Shown one piece after another: positions 28,281 through 43,250 of a stretch of 64,000 nucleotides of DNA. The translations under genes were made by a program, and so were the position numbers. The stretch lies in NCBI GenBank assembly GCA_951406725.2, contig OX597831.1, positions 30,690,001 to 30,754,000 on the forward strand, in the 5' to 3' direction. Each line of letters begins with the position of its first letter. Within the stretch, counting starts at the first letter, position 1. Under the pieces are notes generated by a model, which had not been told where the DNA came from, did no database searches, and saw only the letters and a list, made by a program, of their open reading frames with translations. The stretch is from Octopus vulgaris. Lineage: Eukaryota.

Positions 28281-29409
28281 GAAAATCTACCATACTCTTG
28301 TTGCAGTAAGATTAGCCACAACGTATCTAATTATTTCGCTTTCCAACTTCTATTAAGCATCATACTAGGAACAGTCCATGTCTGGCGTCAGCGCTGACGC
28401 TGCTAACTATTGCACTTGTATAATTTCATGTGTGACATTGTCAAATCCGATTAAAGAAGACGAAAAAATAAATAATATAATGGATTATTTCTGAGATTAT
28501 TCTTTGTGATAAAACGAAACGACGAAATGTAGTCGGAGAAAAGTCTTTAAAATGGCTTTTATTCAGCGGGAAAACTAATTAAAAATTGTGAAGAATTATG
28601 TTTTGATTTAAAATTTTTGATTCTCTTTCGATAATCCGGATTATTGATGTTGATGTGTTATTTATTTTATTATTTGTAATCCGTAAGATCGATTGGCAAC
28701 AACAACGACAACAAAAATATAATAAGTTTTTAGTCTTTAAAATGCTAATGATACCTCATTTGTCAGTGGATTTATTTACAGAACACGTCTCACCAATTCC
28801 AATTTTGGCGTGAAATAGAAAGGGACGCAGGTGAGTGATGAGAAAATATTTTTTTAGATATTTATTATTAATTTCGTTGATACGAAAATAGAAGTGAGGA
28901 ATTAAAGAAGAAAATAGTTATAAAACGGGCGAATTGTTAAAGGGATGAAGAAAAAGAAGAAAGAAAGAAAAGAAGAGGACAGCAAGGAAAAAAAGAAAGA
29001 CGAAATTAGACACCAAAGAAAGCTTTATTAAATAGATAATGCACAGCGAGGAAGAATGGGAATTAAAAAATGTAGTTTCTATTTCAAGTGAAAGCCAATA
29101 TTAACTTCATTTCTCTCCATAAATTTGGTGCCAAATATCCTAAGGCACAAACCAATATTCTTGGGGATGGCATGAACAATATATCTTCCTTCCTAGCATA
29201 AATGTCAAACTCTAAGCCTTATTTATCGGTAGGGAACCAGAAAACCCTAACGTTAAGTATACTAGCTAATATAAATCGACAGGTGTCTAGTAAAGGTAAG
29301 AGAACTGAGAGGATGAAGTATTGTACCTGCCTGATCATAATCTGAGTGTTTCGATCTATCAAAGATGTTTCGTTTGTGTCTTCGAGTGGAATACCTCAGT
29401 TCACCAAGC

Positions 29410-30490
29410 TGTCTAAAATAGTCACTTGATATTGTCACCAGTTGGAAATTTATCCCTTTCATTCGCTGCATGCCTTACAAAAGAAAACAACAAACCATCC
29501 CTCAAAATCCCTGTTTTCGACTCTGTGAGATGTTTTACTTTAGAATTATCCGCGTTGTATCGTTATAATTGTCAAGATAAAGTTTTCAAATTTTGGCACA
29601 GGATCAGCAAATCTGGGGGAGGGGGTAAGTCGATTGTGTCGACCTCCTAGTTTTCAACTGATACTTAATCGACCCCGAAAGGATGAAAGTCAAAGTCGAC
29701 GTACGTCAGCGGAATTTGAACTCATAGCGTATAGCCGGACGGAACGCCGCTAGCATTCGGCCCGGCGCGCTAACGATTCTGCCAGCTCGCCGCCTTGATT
29801 ATTGCAAAATATCCCTTTCTTCTATAGACACAAGGCTTAAATTTGGGGGAAGGGAAGGCCAGTCAATTTGATCGACCTCAGTACGCAACTGGTACTTAAT
29901 TTATCGACACGAAAGGATGAAAGGCAAAGTCGACCTGGGATTGCTAAAGTTTCTGCCAACTCACTGCCCTGATCATTGCCAAAATAATATGCGAAATGGT
30001 CTAGTCAAGGGAGATATAACTAAATAGGTGATCGAATTATAGCTCAACATTTAAAGCAGTGGGAGCACTGTAGAATACCTAAATGCTTACAATGATTAGC
30101 TCAATGTTTTAAAATGTCAAAATTTAAAATTCTGTTCCAAACTGCAGCTACCTGAAACAGAGATCAAATTACTTGGAAATGTCACCTATCGGAAATTTAT
30201 ATCTTTCATTCACTTCATGCCTTAAAACAAACACAACCAACCAGCCCTTAAAATCCCTGTTTTCGACTTTGTGAAAGTCTTTACACTTGAGTTATCGATA
30301 TTGCATCGTGTTTCTTGCCAAATTAATAAAATCTGAAATGGTCTAGTCAAGTGAGATATAAGTATATAGGCTATCGAAGTACAGCTCAACATTTTAAGCA
30401 GCGGGAGTACTGTAGATTTTCTGAGTGCTTACAATGATTAGCTCAATGTTTCAAAATGTCAAAATTTAATATTCTATTCCAGATTGTTGC
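29410..30490. repeat. Old ~340 bp tandem duplication, first copy interrupted by two SINE B (29583-29970, minus)
   Basis: aaaatccctgttttcgact at ~29503 and ~30250; gaaatggtctagtcaag..gcttacaatgattagctcaatgttt at ~29993 and ~30335. Confidence 0.85.
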
Positions 30491-30960
30491 TCGGAGTTAA
30501 GCAAGGTTGAGTCAAACGTCTTGAGCGGAAGACAAATATGAAATTAGAATCTTCAAAGGTGCCTCTATACAACCTTAATATAATATAGAAGTCATTATAT
30601 TCATGTCGTGTTCGAGTTTATTTTCAGTAAAAAGCTTTCATGATAATTACTTTTAGTAATAACAAAGGAAATGTAATAACAAAGCAAAAATATTTGTTAA
30701 TGGAAAAAAATAGGAAAGTTATTATAGTAAGATTTTTTCCTGTTATTTCTATATTTCTTCATTTAACACAGTTTTGCTCGTTCTCACCGGATGACTCCAA
30801 ATAAGGTGCCACTTGCCTCTTAAAATATTGATTTGTTAGCTTCTTACCATATTTGGTGAGAAATATACACACTGCATGTAAGACACCTCGACGCGTCTTC
30901 AACCATTCGATAGCATATGCACACGCATGTATGCATGTACATATATATATATAAATATAA

Positions 30961-31058
<98 letters not shown>

Positions 31059-31065
31059 TAGATAA

Positions 31066-31135
31066 GTTTCTTTATTGGCCACACAGGGCTGCACACAGAT
31101 GGGACAAGTTACAAGGTAGAGCTTTTCTTTTGGGG

Positions 31136-31137
<2 letters not shown>
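31066..31137 (-). mobile_element. Extreme 3' end of a LINE-like element within (GATA)n
   Basis: Near-identical to 62767-62838; minus strand ends gccctgtgtggccaataaagaaa. Confidence 0.7.
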
Positions 31138-31173
<36 letters not shown>

Positions 31174-31477
31174 AAGATAGACAGATAGATAGATAGATAC
31201 ATACAAACATACATACATACATATATACATGTATGCATATATATATATACATATATATGTACATATATATGTGTGTGTGTGTGTTCATGTATATCTGTCT
31301 ACACACACACACATATGCATACATACATATATAATACATACTTGTTTGTGTTTGTGCGTGTGGGGGGGGGGCTGTGTGCGCGTGTGCTCGCGGGTGTACT
31401 TTGAATAGTATTCCTTGATAGTGAAAGCATTAATTATAATCTTATTCATAATGCATAATCAAATCCTTACCTGAAAC

Positions 31478-31537
<60 letters not shown>

Positions 31538-32139
31538 ACACACATACACACAAACTCACTCACTCACTCACTCACTCACACACACCCACAGTATCAGTAT
31601 TCTGAATATGGGGGGGGGGGAAGCGGTGGTGATTTCTGAGACAGTGTCTATAACAAAGCATAACGAAAATATGGTAATCATTGTGGCTTTAAGGGGAGTT
31701 GTATATAAATATATTCCCCGCAATGAAGGCAGGGAATATTTTTAGCGAAGGTTAAAGAAGTTGACAGTTATTCTCCAATGTAAAGAAAAGCAATATGAAG
31801 AAATTGATTCGCATGAATGATGAGAGCAAATAAAAGACGGCGGAAGACAATTGAACGAATGAAGCTGTGAGGAATTTTGACTTTGAATACTTTCGAACAA
31901 ACAACATGTTCTCAAAGCTATTTGAGTGCCCTCCTTTCTTTCTAATGTACATTCTATAACCCCCTACATACACACGCGCGTGCTACAAAGCACAATGCAA
32001 CATATACACACTACAACACACACACATACACTCTACAACACACGCATACACACTACAACACATACACACAGGCAACACAGACATTCACATACAAACGCAC
32101 ACTGAAACACACACGTATCCGCTCCAATGTACTGAAAGC

Positions 32140-32171
<32 letters not shown>

Positions 32172-32427
32172 TGTATGTATGTATGTATGTATGTATGTAT
32201 GTATGTATGTATGTATGTATGTAGGTGTGTATGTATGTGTGTATGTATGAGTGTATGTGCGTATGTATGTATGTATATACGTATTTATGTATGTATGTAT
32301 GTATGTATGTATGTATGTATGTATGTATGTTTGTACGTGTACAAGTTGTTTCATGGTTGTGTGGTAACAAATTTGTTTCACATGGTTACAGGTTCATTCC
32401 CATAGTGCAACACCTTATCATCAGAAG

Positions 32428-33935
32428 GGTTTCAAATTTTGACACAAAGCCAACAAGCTTGGGGGTTAGGAGAAAGTCGGTTACATGGACCCCAGTGCTC
32501 AACATGTACATAGTTTATCAACTCCGAAAGATTAAGGCAAAGCTGACCACGGTGGGATTTGATCTCAGAAGGTAAAGACAGAAGAAATGCCGCTAAGCAT
32601 ATTGCACAGCCTGCTAACGATTCTGCTAAGTAATTGCCTTAGTTTCCAAGATGATTAACGCCTTGTGTGCGAATCTTGGTTGACGAAAATTGTGCAGCCA
32701 CCCGCCATATACGAATATAGGAGAAAGAAAGCTATTATAAATTGAAGCATCGTCGTTAAAGCATACAACAAACCTGAAGGCGAGTACAATTCTTGTTTGA
32801 TTGAAAATTTAAACCAGGCAGAATATCATCCAAGACCCTTACACACAAAAATATCTCGTTTTTCTCTGAACCAATTATGTTTCATTACGCCTTGCTTGTA
32901 TCACCCAACATTATCAAACAGAGAGAAAACCTTTTGTACTTCTTAGCATAGAAATTATAGAAAAAACCTCTTTCATCTGTACCAATTACGTTTTACACAT
33001 ACATAAAAGCTGTAAATTGTCATCTCAAAAGGACAAAGGATGATTGCTAACTAACTTCCTTCGAGAATGATTAATGATACCATGTACATTATTTTTTTCC
33101 CTTTTCAGAACAGGCACAAAATTTAAAATTCCAGAAATGAGGGCTTGAGGTAATCATTTACATCGACACAGTTCTCGAGTGGTACATATTTTATCGGCCC
33201 CATGAAAGGTCAAGTCGACCTCGGCGCACTTCGAATTCACAATGTAAAACTGGAAGAAATGCCACTAAACATTTTGCCCAGATTGCTAACGATTCTGCTA
33301 GCTTGCTATCTTACAGATACCATACATAAAAGGAGCAGTATATAGTTTACTCATTATCTAATCATAATAAATCATGCACTTCAATAAAGAAAATACATTA
33401 AAGGTTATAGTGAAAGCAACTGGTGGCCATTTTGAATTGTAAATATTTGTTTCAAATTTTGGCACAAGGCCAGAAATTCTGCGGGAGGATTAAATTGATT
33501 ACATTAACTGGAACTTAACTTATCTATCCCAAACAGATGAAATGCAAAGTCGACTTCAGCGGAATTTGAACTCAGATCGTAAAGGTCATTATGCATTTTT
33601 GTCCGGCATGTCAACGATTCGGCCAGCTCACTGCCTTATATTTGTTGTTCATAAATATAGCTATCGACTTGTAAACTTTTATTAATGAAAGCATGGGTAA
33701 ATAGATAAATATATATATTTCTTTACTGCCCACAAGGGGCTAAACACAGAGGGGACATACAAGGACAGACAAAGGGATTAAGTCGAATACATCGACCCCA
33801 GTGCGTAACTGGTACTTAATTTATCGACTCCGAAAGGATGAAAGGCAAAGTCGACCTCGGCGGAATTTGAACTCAGAACGTAATGATAGACGAAATACCG
33901 CTAAGCATTTCGCCCGGCGTGCTAACGTTTCGGCC
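32428..33935 (-). mobile_element. Four SINE B copies (32428-32640, 33105-33312, 33450-33637, 33717-33935)
   Basis: Repeated aaagtcgac..ggaatttgaactcag..gctaacgattc; last copy has TSD agataaatatatat (33703-33716, 33936-33949). Confidence 0.88.
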
Positions 33936-34144
33936 AGATAAATATATATGTCGCACTCGGTATGTTAGGAATTACCTGCCATGGTTTCTCTAACAAATTA
34001 ACGTTCAGAAACAGTAGGACCAAGGGTCAACCATACAGTGGTCCTCTTGTGGTGCCATACTGGATATGTATAAACTTCCGTCATTGGTCAGTCTTATTTG
34101 TCTTCTGAAACATACATAAATTTGTCCCAATATAGCGATATTGT

Positions 34145-34483
34145 GAAGGTGCATGGCTCAGTGGTTAGAGCGTCGATCTGACGATCGTGAGGTTGTGGGC
34201 TCGAATCCCGGACTGGGATGCGTGTTGTCTTCTTGAGCAAGACTCTTTATTTCACGTTGCTCCAGTTCAATCAGCTGTAGAAATGAGTTGCGACGTCACA
34301 GGTGCCAAATTGTATCGCCCCCTTTGCCTTTCCCTTGGATAGCAATGGTGGCGGGGAGAGGGGAGACCGGTATGCATGGGCGACTGCTGGTCTTCCATAA
34401 ACAACCTTGCCCGGACTTGTGCCTGGGAGGGTAACTTTCTAGGTGCAAACCCATGGGCTGTGTCGTGACCGAAGGGGGGGGGT
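34145..34483 (+). mobile_element. SINE family C (tRNA head + CORE-like domain), full length
   Basis: A box tggctcagtggttagag, B box gctcgaatcc, cttgagcaagac core; 3' part recurs inverted at 55999-56220. Confidence 0.9.
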
Positions 34484-35479
34484 CTCAGAATAGCGATGCA
34501 GAACACAACCGGCGTTGTACATTAAATAATGATATTCACTCATACATATTGAGTACTTTCTCTTACATCACTTTATGCATGGGGTGCGTGTGTGTGTGTG
34601 TGTGTTTATGCCTGTGTGTATACGCGTGTATGTGTGAGAGAGTGAGTGTGTGGGGGAGGCATGTGTAGGTGTCTGCCTGTGTGTGCTTGTATGTACATGT
34701 CTGCAGGAATCACAGTGTTGAATGCTGTTTACAGGAAGCGTATCGTACGTTTGCGTATGTAGATTCATACATGCATACATACACACATATACATACATAC
34801 ATATATCTATTTATCTATTGATTTATCTACTTTTCTATCCATCTTTGAAATCTCTCTTTCTCTCTCTCCCTCTTTCACTTTCACTTTATATATGCATGTA
34901 TGTGTATATATATATATACATACATATATATACACACATATGTATGTATGTGTGTATGTAATATATTTTATCTTTATATATAATATATAGTATATAGTAT
35001 ATATATATAATATATTCATTATTGTGTATATGTACAAGCGTTGTGTGTGTTGTGTGTATATGTGTGTTTGTGTGTGCGTGTATGTGTATGTGTGCGCGCG
35101 CCTATTTTAGTCATTAAACCGCACACGGTTTTAAATAAGGAAAAATATGGAAAAGTTTTAATGTAATTAAAACTTTTTGGAAATCAGAGAAACTTAAAAC
35201 AGATTTGTTAAATATGACGATTTACTTACACTACGAAAAACCTTTTAGCCGTAAAACTCAAAAAGGTATATACTAAAAGCTTTTTCTATATAAATGACTC
35301 GAAGCAACATATGACACATTATTTTCCCTTGTTCCCATTTGTTTATATAAATTATAAATGCCAAATTGACCTTAAGAATACATATACCAATATATTTTCG
35401 GTTGACCTATGATACGAAACACCTATTCTGTAAAAACGTGTAGCTGCTTTTATGTTTCATATGTATGTATGTATGTATG

Positions 35480-35513
<34 letters not shown>

Positions 35514-35531
35514 TGTATGTATGTATGTATG

Positions 35532-35584
<53 letters not shown>

Positions 35585-35587
<3 letters not shown>

Positions 35588-35674
35588 GGAGTAAACACAT
35601 AAATGTGAAACAAGGTGGAAAAAAGATTACTCAAATACCAGTGGTAGAGTAATATGCTTTATTTAAAAGCAGCA
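35585..35674 (-). mobile_element. Fragment of the repeat at 43251-43392 (Penelope-like tail)
   Basis: accgga.taa.cacataaatgtgaaac..ggtggaaaaaaga.tactcaaataccag.ggtagagtaatatgctttatttaaaagcagca shared; abuts (TA)n. Confidence 0.65.
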
Positions 35675-36252
35675 GGGAGAGAGAGAGGGGGGAGAGAGGG
35701 GGAGAGAGAGAGAGAAGTAGACAGACAGAGACAGAAAGTGACAACTGGTGAAATCCAGAGATGCACAATATAGAAAACACTTTGTAGCGCTCAAATGATT
35801 TTAACTTTCTGTCCGAAATCTTTACCGAGGACTAAGTCCACAGAGTAGAGAGTTGAGATAAGAGGATTCCAGATGAGCAGATATGGAGATAATGATGCAA
35901 ATAAACAAATAAAAACACTTGAGCTAGATATACAAAACACACACATATATGTATATATGTAAATTGAGAGAAAACAAAGAATGAAAATATTCAGAAGATG
36001 AATATTCAAGTATGAATTTATAGATATTTATATATCAACAGAGCAAACTTACACAGAGTACAAAGACCAGGAAAAAATAAGGGGGGACGGTATGGTGCTA
36101 CAGGACCGACAGGTGTTTCTGAGGGCCCGGAATTACTTCATAATGTTGGCATACGTAGTTCGCAAGCAGTGGTCGAAGTATATAAACCATTAAGTAGATC
36201 CGGCCTCCGTCTTCAGAGTAGAAAGACAAGTATCTATCTATTTATCCATCTA

Positions 36253-36325
<73 letters not shown>

Positions 36326-36355
36326 CTGTCTGTCTCTCTGTCTGTCTCTCTGTCC

Positions 36356-36422
<67 letters not shown>

Positions 36423-36878
36423 TATATAAATTCGTATATATATGTATGAATGTAATAATGTATGTATTTACGTAAATATATAGTCGGCATTTTATATTCA
36501 GACATTACTGACACATTGGCTATAATATCAGCCTGAGATGTCAAATATATAAATGTTTTTATGTAAATGTTTTTATACGTATGCATATATGTAAAGTATT
36601 ATCCGGGTATGTATGTACGTACGCATGACTGTGCGTGTGTATAATACGAAACACACTTTAAGTCATTACCAGTGGTATATGAATGTTGAAAAGGTAAGAA
36701 GTATAAATCAGCACAATTTTCTTGCCAATTCGGTGACGTTAGCATGTTTTCGTCATGTATAATTGGAGTCTCAATTAGAACGTTGGTGAGCGCAGTAGAT
36801 ACCAATTAAAATGTCGGTGCCTGCTGCATATAAATGTAAAGGTAAATGATTGTATGTATAGATGTGTATCGGCTATAC

Positions 36879-36917
<39 letters not shown>

Positions 36918-37990
36918 TGTGTCTAATGGTGTACTACCCGAGCCAGAAGTGTTTCAGATTTGCAGTTGCGGGTTATATGCGGCTGGAAGAGGTGTGCGCT
37001 GGTGGTTGTGATTATAATTCTTATGTGCTATCATGGTTGCCTGACTGCATATATATGGGTTTTGTACGTTTGTATAAGAATATGTACATGTGTTTGTGTG
37101 TATGTAATTACTTTTTTTTTTTACCTTTTTACTTGTGAATATGTTATGTAAGGATTGTCGATCTATATATATATAATTGACTGTTATTTGGGTAGTTTTC
37201 GTTTTCATTGTCAGAGCACAGTTACGATGCCTGACTATATGTAAGCATTTGGAGTTTACAGAATACGTGTATCGGTTTGACAGTGTCTGTGAATTTGAAC
37301 TGTCTTTGTTGCTTTCTCTCTTTCTCTTTCTCTCTCTCTTTCCTTTTCTCCCCTATCTATCTATCTTTCTGTCTGTCTCTATCTGTGTCTGTCTGTCACT
37401 CTCTCTCGTTTTCTCTATATGCCTCTGCGCATATGTAAGTGTTCTTACTCGAGAAAGTGTGTATATATATTTACATATATAATTAATATTAACTGCCGTG
37501 TGCAATATGTTACCGTACATGTATGAGTGGTGGAGTTCTGGGTATATTTTGTAATGACTATACAAGGGGGTGTACGGCGCGTTTGCTAAGGTTTGTGTGT
37601 AACTTTGTCATTTCAACGTGCCGTATGTATCCTTCTTGATAATTTAGTTCTGGTGTCATATCATGTTTTTTTATATTGTGCTCCTCTCATAACATTTCTG
37701 ATACATTTATCATAGCTGTGGCTTTGAAACTGTGCTTTCGCTGGGTTCGTTCCAGATTCCGTGTGAGTTTGGTTATGTATCCTACCATATCAAATATAAA
37801 CTAACTATATAGAATGCATATACATGAATCTGTAATTCAATGTGTGTATGTGACTGTGTGTAAGTGTGTTTTCTCCGGATGAGTGGGATATTGGATATTA
37901 TAATTAGTACACGAGTAATTGGCGCTCTTTTTCTAATGCAGGTCGTGACATAGTTTATAAATCTGGCGTGAGGTTTGCGACAAAGGATAT

Positions 37991-38255
37991 AGTAGTAGTA
38001 GTAGAGGTGGTGGTGGTGGTGGTGGTAGTTGTAGTGGTGTTTGTGGTAGTGGTGGTTATGGTAGTGGTGGAGGTGGTGGTGGCGGTGGTGGTGGTGGTGG
38101 TAGTTGTAGTGGTGGTTGTGGTAGTGGTGGTTATGGTAGTGGTGGTGGTGGTGGTGGTGGTAGTAGTGGCAGTAGCAGCAACAGTAGTAGTCGCAGTAGC
38201 AGCAATAACAGTAGTAATAGTAGCAGTAGTATAGTAGCAGTGATGGTGGTGATGT
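37991..38255. repeat. (GTG)n/(GTA)n compound microsatellite
   Basis: Directly visible; gives poly-Thr/Val ORFs. Confidence 0.93.
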
Positions 38256-38374
38256 GGTGTCATTGGTGCGTAACAGAATGGTAAATTCTTGCTTGGGGCA
38301 TGACTGGAGAGGATCGCTCTAGCATAGAAGGAGTTTTTTTTTTCAGAATAAAGCTTAATAATTATGATAATATA

Positions 38375-38545
38375 GGCGCAGGAGTGGCTGTGTGGTAAGT
38401 AGCTTGCTTACCAACCACATGATTTCGGATTCAGTCCCACTGCGTGGCACCTTGGGCAAGTGTCTTCTACTAAAGCCTCGGGCCGACTAAAGCCTTGTGA
38501 GTGGATTTGGTAGACGGAAGGTGAAATAAGTCCGGTATATATACG

Positions 38546-38609
<64 letters not shown>

Positions 38610-38830
38610 TTTGTGTGTCTGTGTTTGTCCCCTCAACATCGCTTGACAACCGATGCTGGTGTGTTTACGTCCCCGTAACTTAGCGATTCGGCAAAAAGAG
38701 ACCGATAGAATAAGTACTAGGCTTGCAAAGAATAAGTCCTGGGGTCGATTTGCTCGAGTAACGGCGGTGTTCCAGTATGGCCGCAGTCAAATCAGTGAAA
38801 CAAGTAAAAGAGTAAAAAGAGAGTAAAGAG
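38375..38830 (+). mobile_element. SINE family A, full length
   Basis: ggcgcaggagtggctgtgtggtaag head to (gtaaaaga)n tail. Confidence 0.95.
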
Positions 38831-39039
38831 AGAGTAGATAGCAAATAAATTCTTTGCTGCGATCACGTTATAAAACATAATCTTTGAATAGCGGCGAAGG
38901 AATGTGTTGTTGTGGTTTTCATTCGGGTGTTTGCTGTACAAGAGACACGGATGGATAGTGCTCAATGGCGGCGTGTTTAGTATTGAAGCGTAGTTGGCCG
39001 TTACTAGCTAAGAAAATGTAATGGCAGCATGTATCAACT

Positions 39040-39643
39040 GCACAAAGCTGGCAATTTCTGGGAAGGGGTAGGTCGATTACACTGCTCTCCTCCCCCACCA
39101 CCACCAACCAGTGCTCAACTGGTTCTTATTTCACGGACCCCGAAAGGATGAAAGGCAGAGTCGAACTCGGCGGAATTTGGACTTAGTACGTAAGAGCGGA
39201 CGAAATGCCAGTGAGCAATTTTACCAATTTCTTTACTACCCACAAGGGGCTAAACACAGAGAGGACAAACAAGGACAGACAAACGGATTAAGTCGATTAT
39301 ATCGAGCCCAGTGCGTAACTGGTACTTATTTAATCGACTCCGAAAGGATGAAAGGCAAAGTCGACCTCGGCGGAATTTGAATTCAGAACGTAACGGCAGA
39401 CGAAATACCTATTTCTTTACTACCCACGAGTGGCCAAACACAGAGAGGAAAAACAAGGACAGACAAACGGATTAAGTCGATTATATCGACCCCAGTGCGT
39501 AACTGGTACTTAATTTATCGACCCCGAAAGGATAAAAGGCAAAGTCGACCCCGGCGGAATTTGAACTCAGAACTTAACGGCAGACGAAATACGGCTACGC
39601 ATTTCGCCCGGCGTGCTAACGATTCTGCCAGCTCGCCGCCTTA
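39040..39643 (-). mobile_element. Triple head-to-tail/nested SINE B array
   Basis: Three Meta domains; junction cgaaatacctatttc at 39401; 184-bp spacing to 39585. Confidence 0.92.
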
Positions 39644-40076
39644 AATCAACTGCTAATGTCGTAAGAAATGTCACCAAGAAATATAAGCAACATATATCAT
39701 TACAATTATCACACGCAATTCGCAATAAATATAAGCACAGATATGAATGAACATAGGACTCCAGAAATATCGGTGCAAATATCAGGCACGAATGTCACAA
39801 TTAATGCCAGTGAGAAAATCACAGTTGATATCCTATCAACACCTTAGGCCGCGTTTAATGAGATTTGTTCAGTTTCAATGTTCCATATTTGTGTAAAATA
39901 AATCAATAACCCATACTCTGGATACGATGGACTGAGCTGTTCGTCTCTTTACGTTTCTGTATCTTAGAAGAGACCGATATAATAAGTAACAACTTTAAAA
40001 AGAATGAGTACTAGAGCAGATTCGTTGGAGAAAATCCTTGAACGCAATTCAATGATTTAGATACATAAAAGTATAA

Positions 40077-40579
40077 GGGCCGCTTAGCTTATTGGTACAG
40101 AACGCTATACCGGTATCTAAGAGGTTCGAATGTCCGTAGTCGCCAGCTGGTAACTTTTTAATCGCAGGTGCGCCACATTGGCCGCAGCTCCAGAGCTGAA
40201 ACTAATTTAACAGTATACATACATGCATGCATACATACATACATACATACATACATACATACATACATACATACATACATACATACATACATACATACAT
40301 ACATACATACATACATACATACATACATACATGCATGCATACATATATGCATACATACATACATACAAACATACATACATACATGCATACATACATACAT
40401 ACATATATACATACATTACATACATACATACATGCATACATACATGCATGCATACATACATTACATTACATACATACATTACATACATACATACATACAT
40501 ACATTACATGCATACATACATTACATACATACATACATACATTACATACATACATACATTACATACATACATACATACA

Positions 40580-40610
<31 letters not shown>

Positions 40611-41042
40611 CATTACATACATACATACATTACATACATAACATACATTCACACATACATACATTACATGCATACATACATTACATACATACATACATAC
40701 ATTACATACATACACACATTACATGCATGCATGCATACATACATGCATGCATGCATGCATACATACATACATACATACATTACATACATACATTACATAC
40801 ATACATGCATACATACATACATACATACATGCATACATACATACATACATACATGCATGCATGCATACATACATACATTACATGCATACATACATACATT
40901 ACATGCATACATACATACATACATACATACATACATACATACATACATACATGCATACATACATTACATGCATACATACATACATTACATATATGCATAC
41001 ATACGTACATACATACATACATTACATACATACATACATACA

Positions 41043-41073
<31 letters not shown>

Positions 41074-41092
41074 CATACATACATACATACAT
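40077..41092 (+). mobile_element. Short tRNA-like element followed by ~880 bp (TACA)n-type array
   Basis: gggccgcttagcttattggt (A box) ... ggttcgaat (B box) ... gtcgcca, ~70 bp body, then TACA/TACAT repeats 40213-41092. Confidence 0.55.
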
Positions 41093-41684
41093 AACAATAT
41101 AAAGCGTTAGCCTAAAGGATAGCTTCTACCTAGTTACAAGAAGACTTCATCAAACACATGCCAAATCTCGTTCAAATCACACGTACAATCTCAAAATCAT
41201 CCAAAAGTAATTAAAGGAAATGTTCGATAAAGTAAATCTACACATTTTGTATGAAAAAAATGAAACGGTTTAACAATTGGACTGCTGATTCCAAGCTGAT
41301 CTGTGGCTAAAGAACAAAGATATTAATTTCGCTCAGCGTCTAATTGGATAAATAAACTTCATCCCGGGGTGTTGTTTTCCAATTTATGAAATTCTGGCAA
41401 GAAGCTACACAGTGATAAAACCATACTTCATCAAGATTTTCGAAGTGTTTAACTGGGTGATAGAATACAACTACATTACAATAATGGTTTCATATTTTTT
41501 TTATAATTAAGATCTAAACTGTTAATATATGAATGCGAAAGAGATAGCTGAATAACTGGAAAACTCTGAATGTTAGTATTTGGCCGTACTGTACACCGTC
41601 GTCCCATTTCATAGACCATTATTCAATGCTTATTTAGCTAATTTTGTCAAGTTCCCTTTTCAATTTGTAAGATTGAAATTGAAA

Positions 41685-42577
<893 letters not shown>

Positions 42578-42599
42578 AATTTAAATGTAATAAAATGTT

Positions 42600-42655
42600 T
42601 TAAGAGAAATTTAAAGTGCCACCGTGGTACCTATAAACCTACTTTTGGACCATCC

Positions 42656-42660
<5 letters not shown>
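42600..42660. mobile_element. Tc1/mariner-like terminal inverted repeat remnant
   Basis: Minus strand (ta)tgcaggatggtccaaaagtaggt at a TA tract resembles CAGGGTGGTCCAAAAGT-type termini. Confidence 0.4.
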
Positions 42661-42709
<49 letters not shown>

Positions 42710-42718
42710 TATATATAT

Positions 42719-42751
<33 letters not shown>

Positions 42752-42755
42752 CATG

Positions 42756-42796
<41 letters not shown>

Positions 42797-42859
42797 CATA
42801 CATACACACACATATGTGTGTCTGTGTGAATATGTGTGTATATATGTATTCTTCTTTTC

Positions 42860-43240
42860 TTTTAGCTGTTTCAGTTATTTTGCTCTGGCCATGCTGGAGC
42901 ATCACCTGAGTTTTAATGAAAGATATCGACCCCCAACACTTAATCTTTGTAAAAATTAGTAATTATTCCGTCCGTCTTTCTGCTGAACCGCTACGTTTCA
43001 GTGAGCTAAACAAACCAGCATCGGTTCTCAAGCGGCGGGTGTACAAAAAACAGATACACACACCCACACGCATATACATATGTATGACAGACTTCTTTCA
43101 GTTTCCGTCTATCAGATCCATTCACAAGGATTTTGTCGGTCCGAAACTATAGTAGATGACACTTGCCGAAGGTACCATGCTGTGGGACTGAACCTGGAAC
43201 CATGTAGTTAGGAAGCAAACTTCTTACCACGCCTGTGCCT
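42860..43240 (-). mobile_element. SINE family A, diverged
   Basis: ggccatgctggagca, ttcagtttccgtct, gtgggactgaacc landmarks. Confidence 0.88.
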
Positions 43241-43250
43241 ATATATATAC

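Noticed and set aside
28386-28401. Palindrome gcgtcagcgctgacgc (similar at 10154) as a Helitron 3' hairpin
   Set aside because: No downstream CTRR terminus or other Helitron signs.
34145-34220. tRNA gene-like sequence (also other SINE heads)
   Set aside because: Continues into a SINE body and has no intact cloverleaf.
36080-36207. Harbinger-like end gtagatccggcct
   Set aside because: Only one putative terminus, no partner TIR or TSD.
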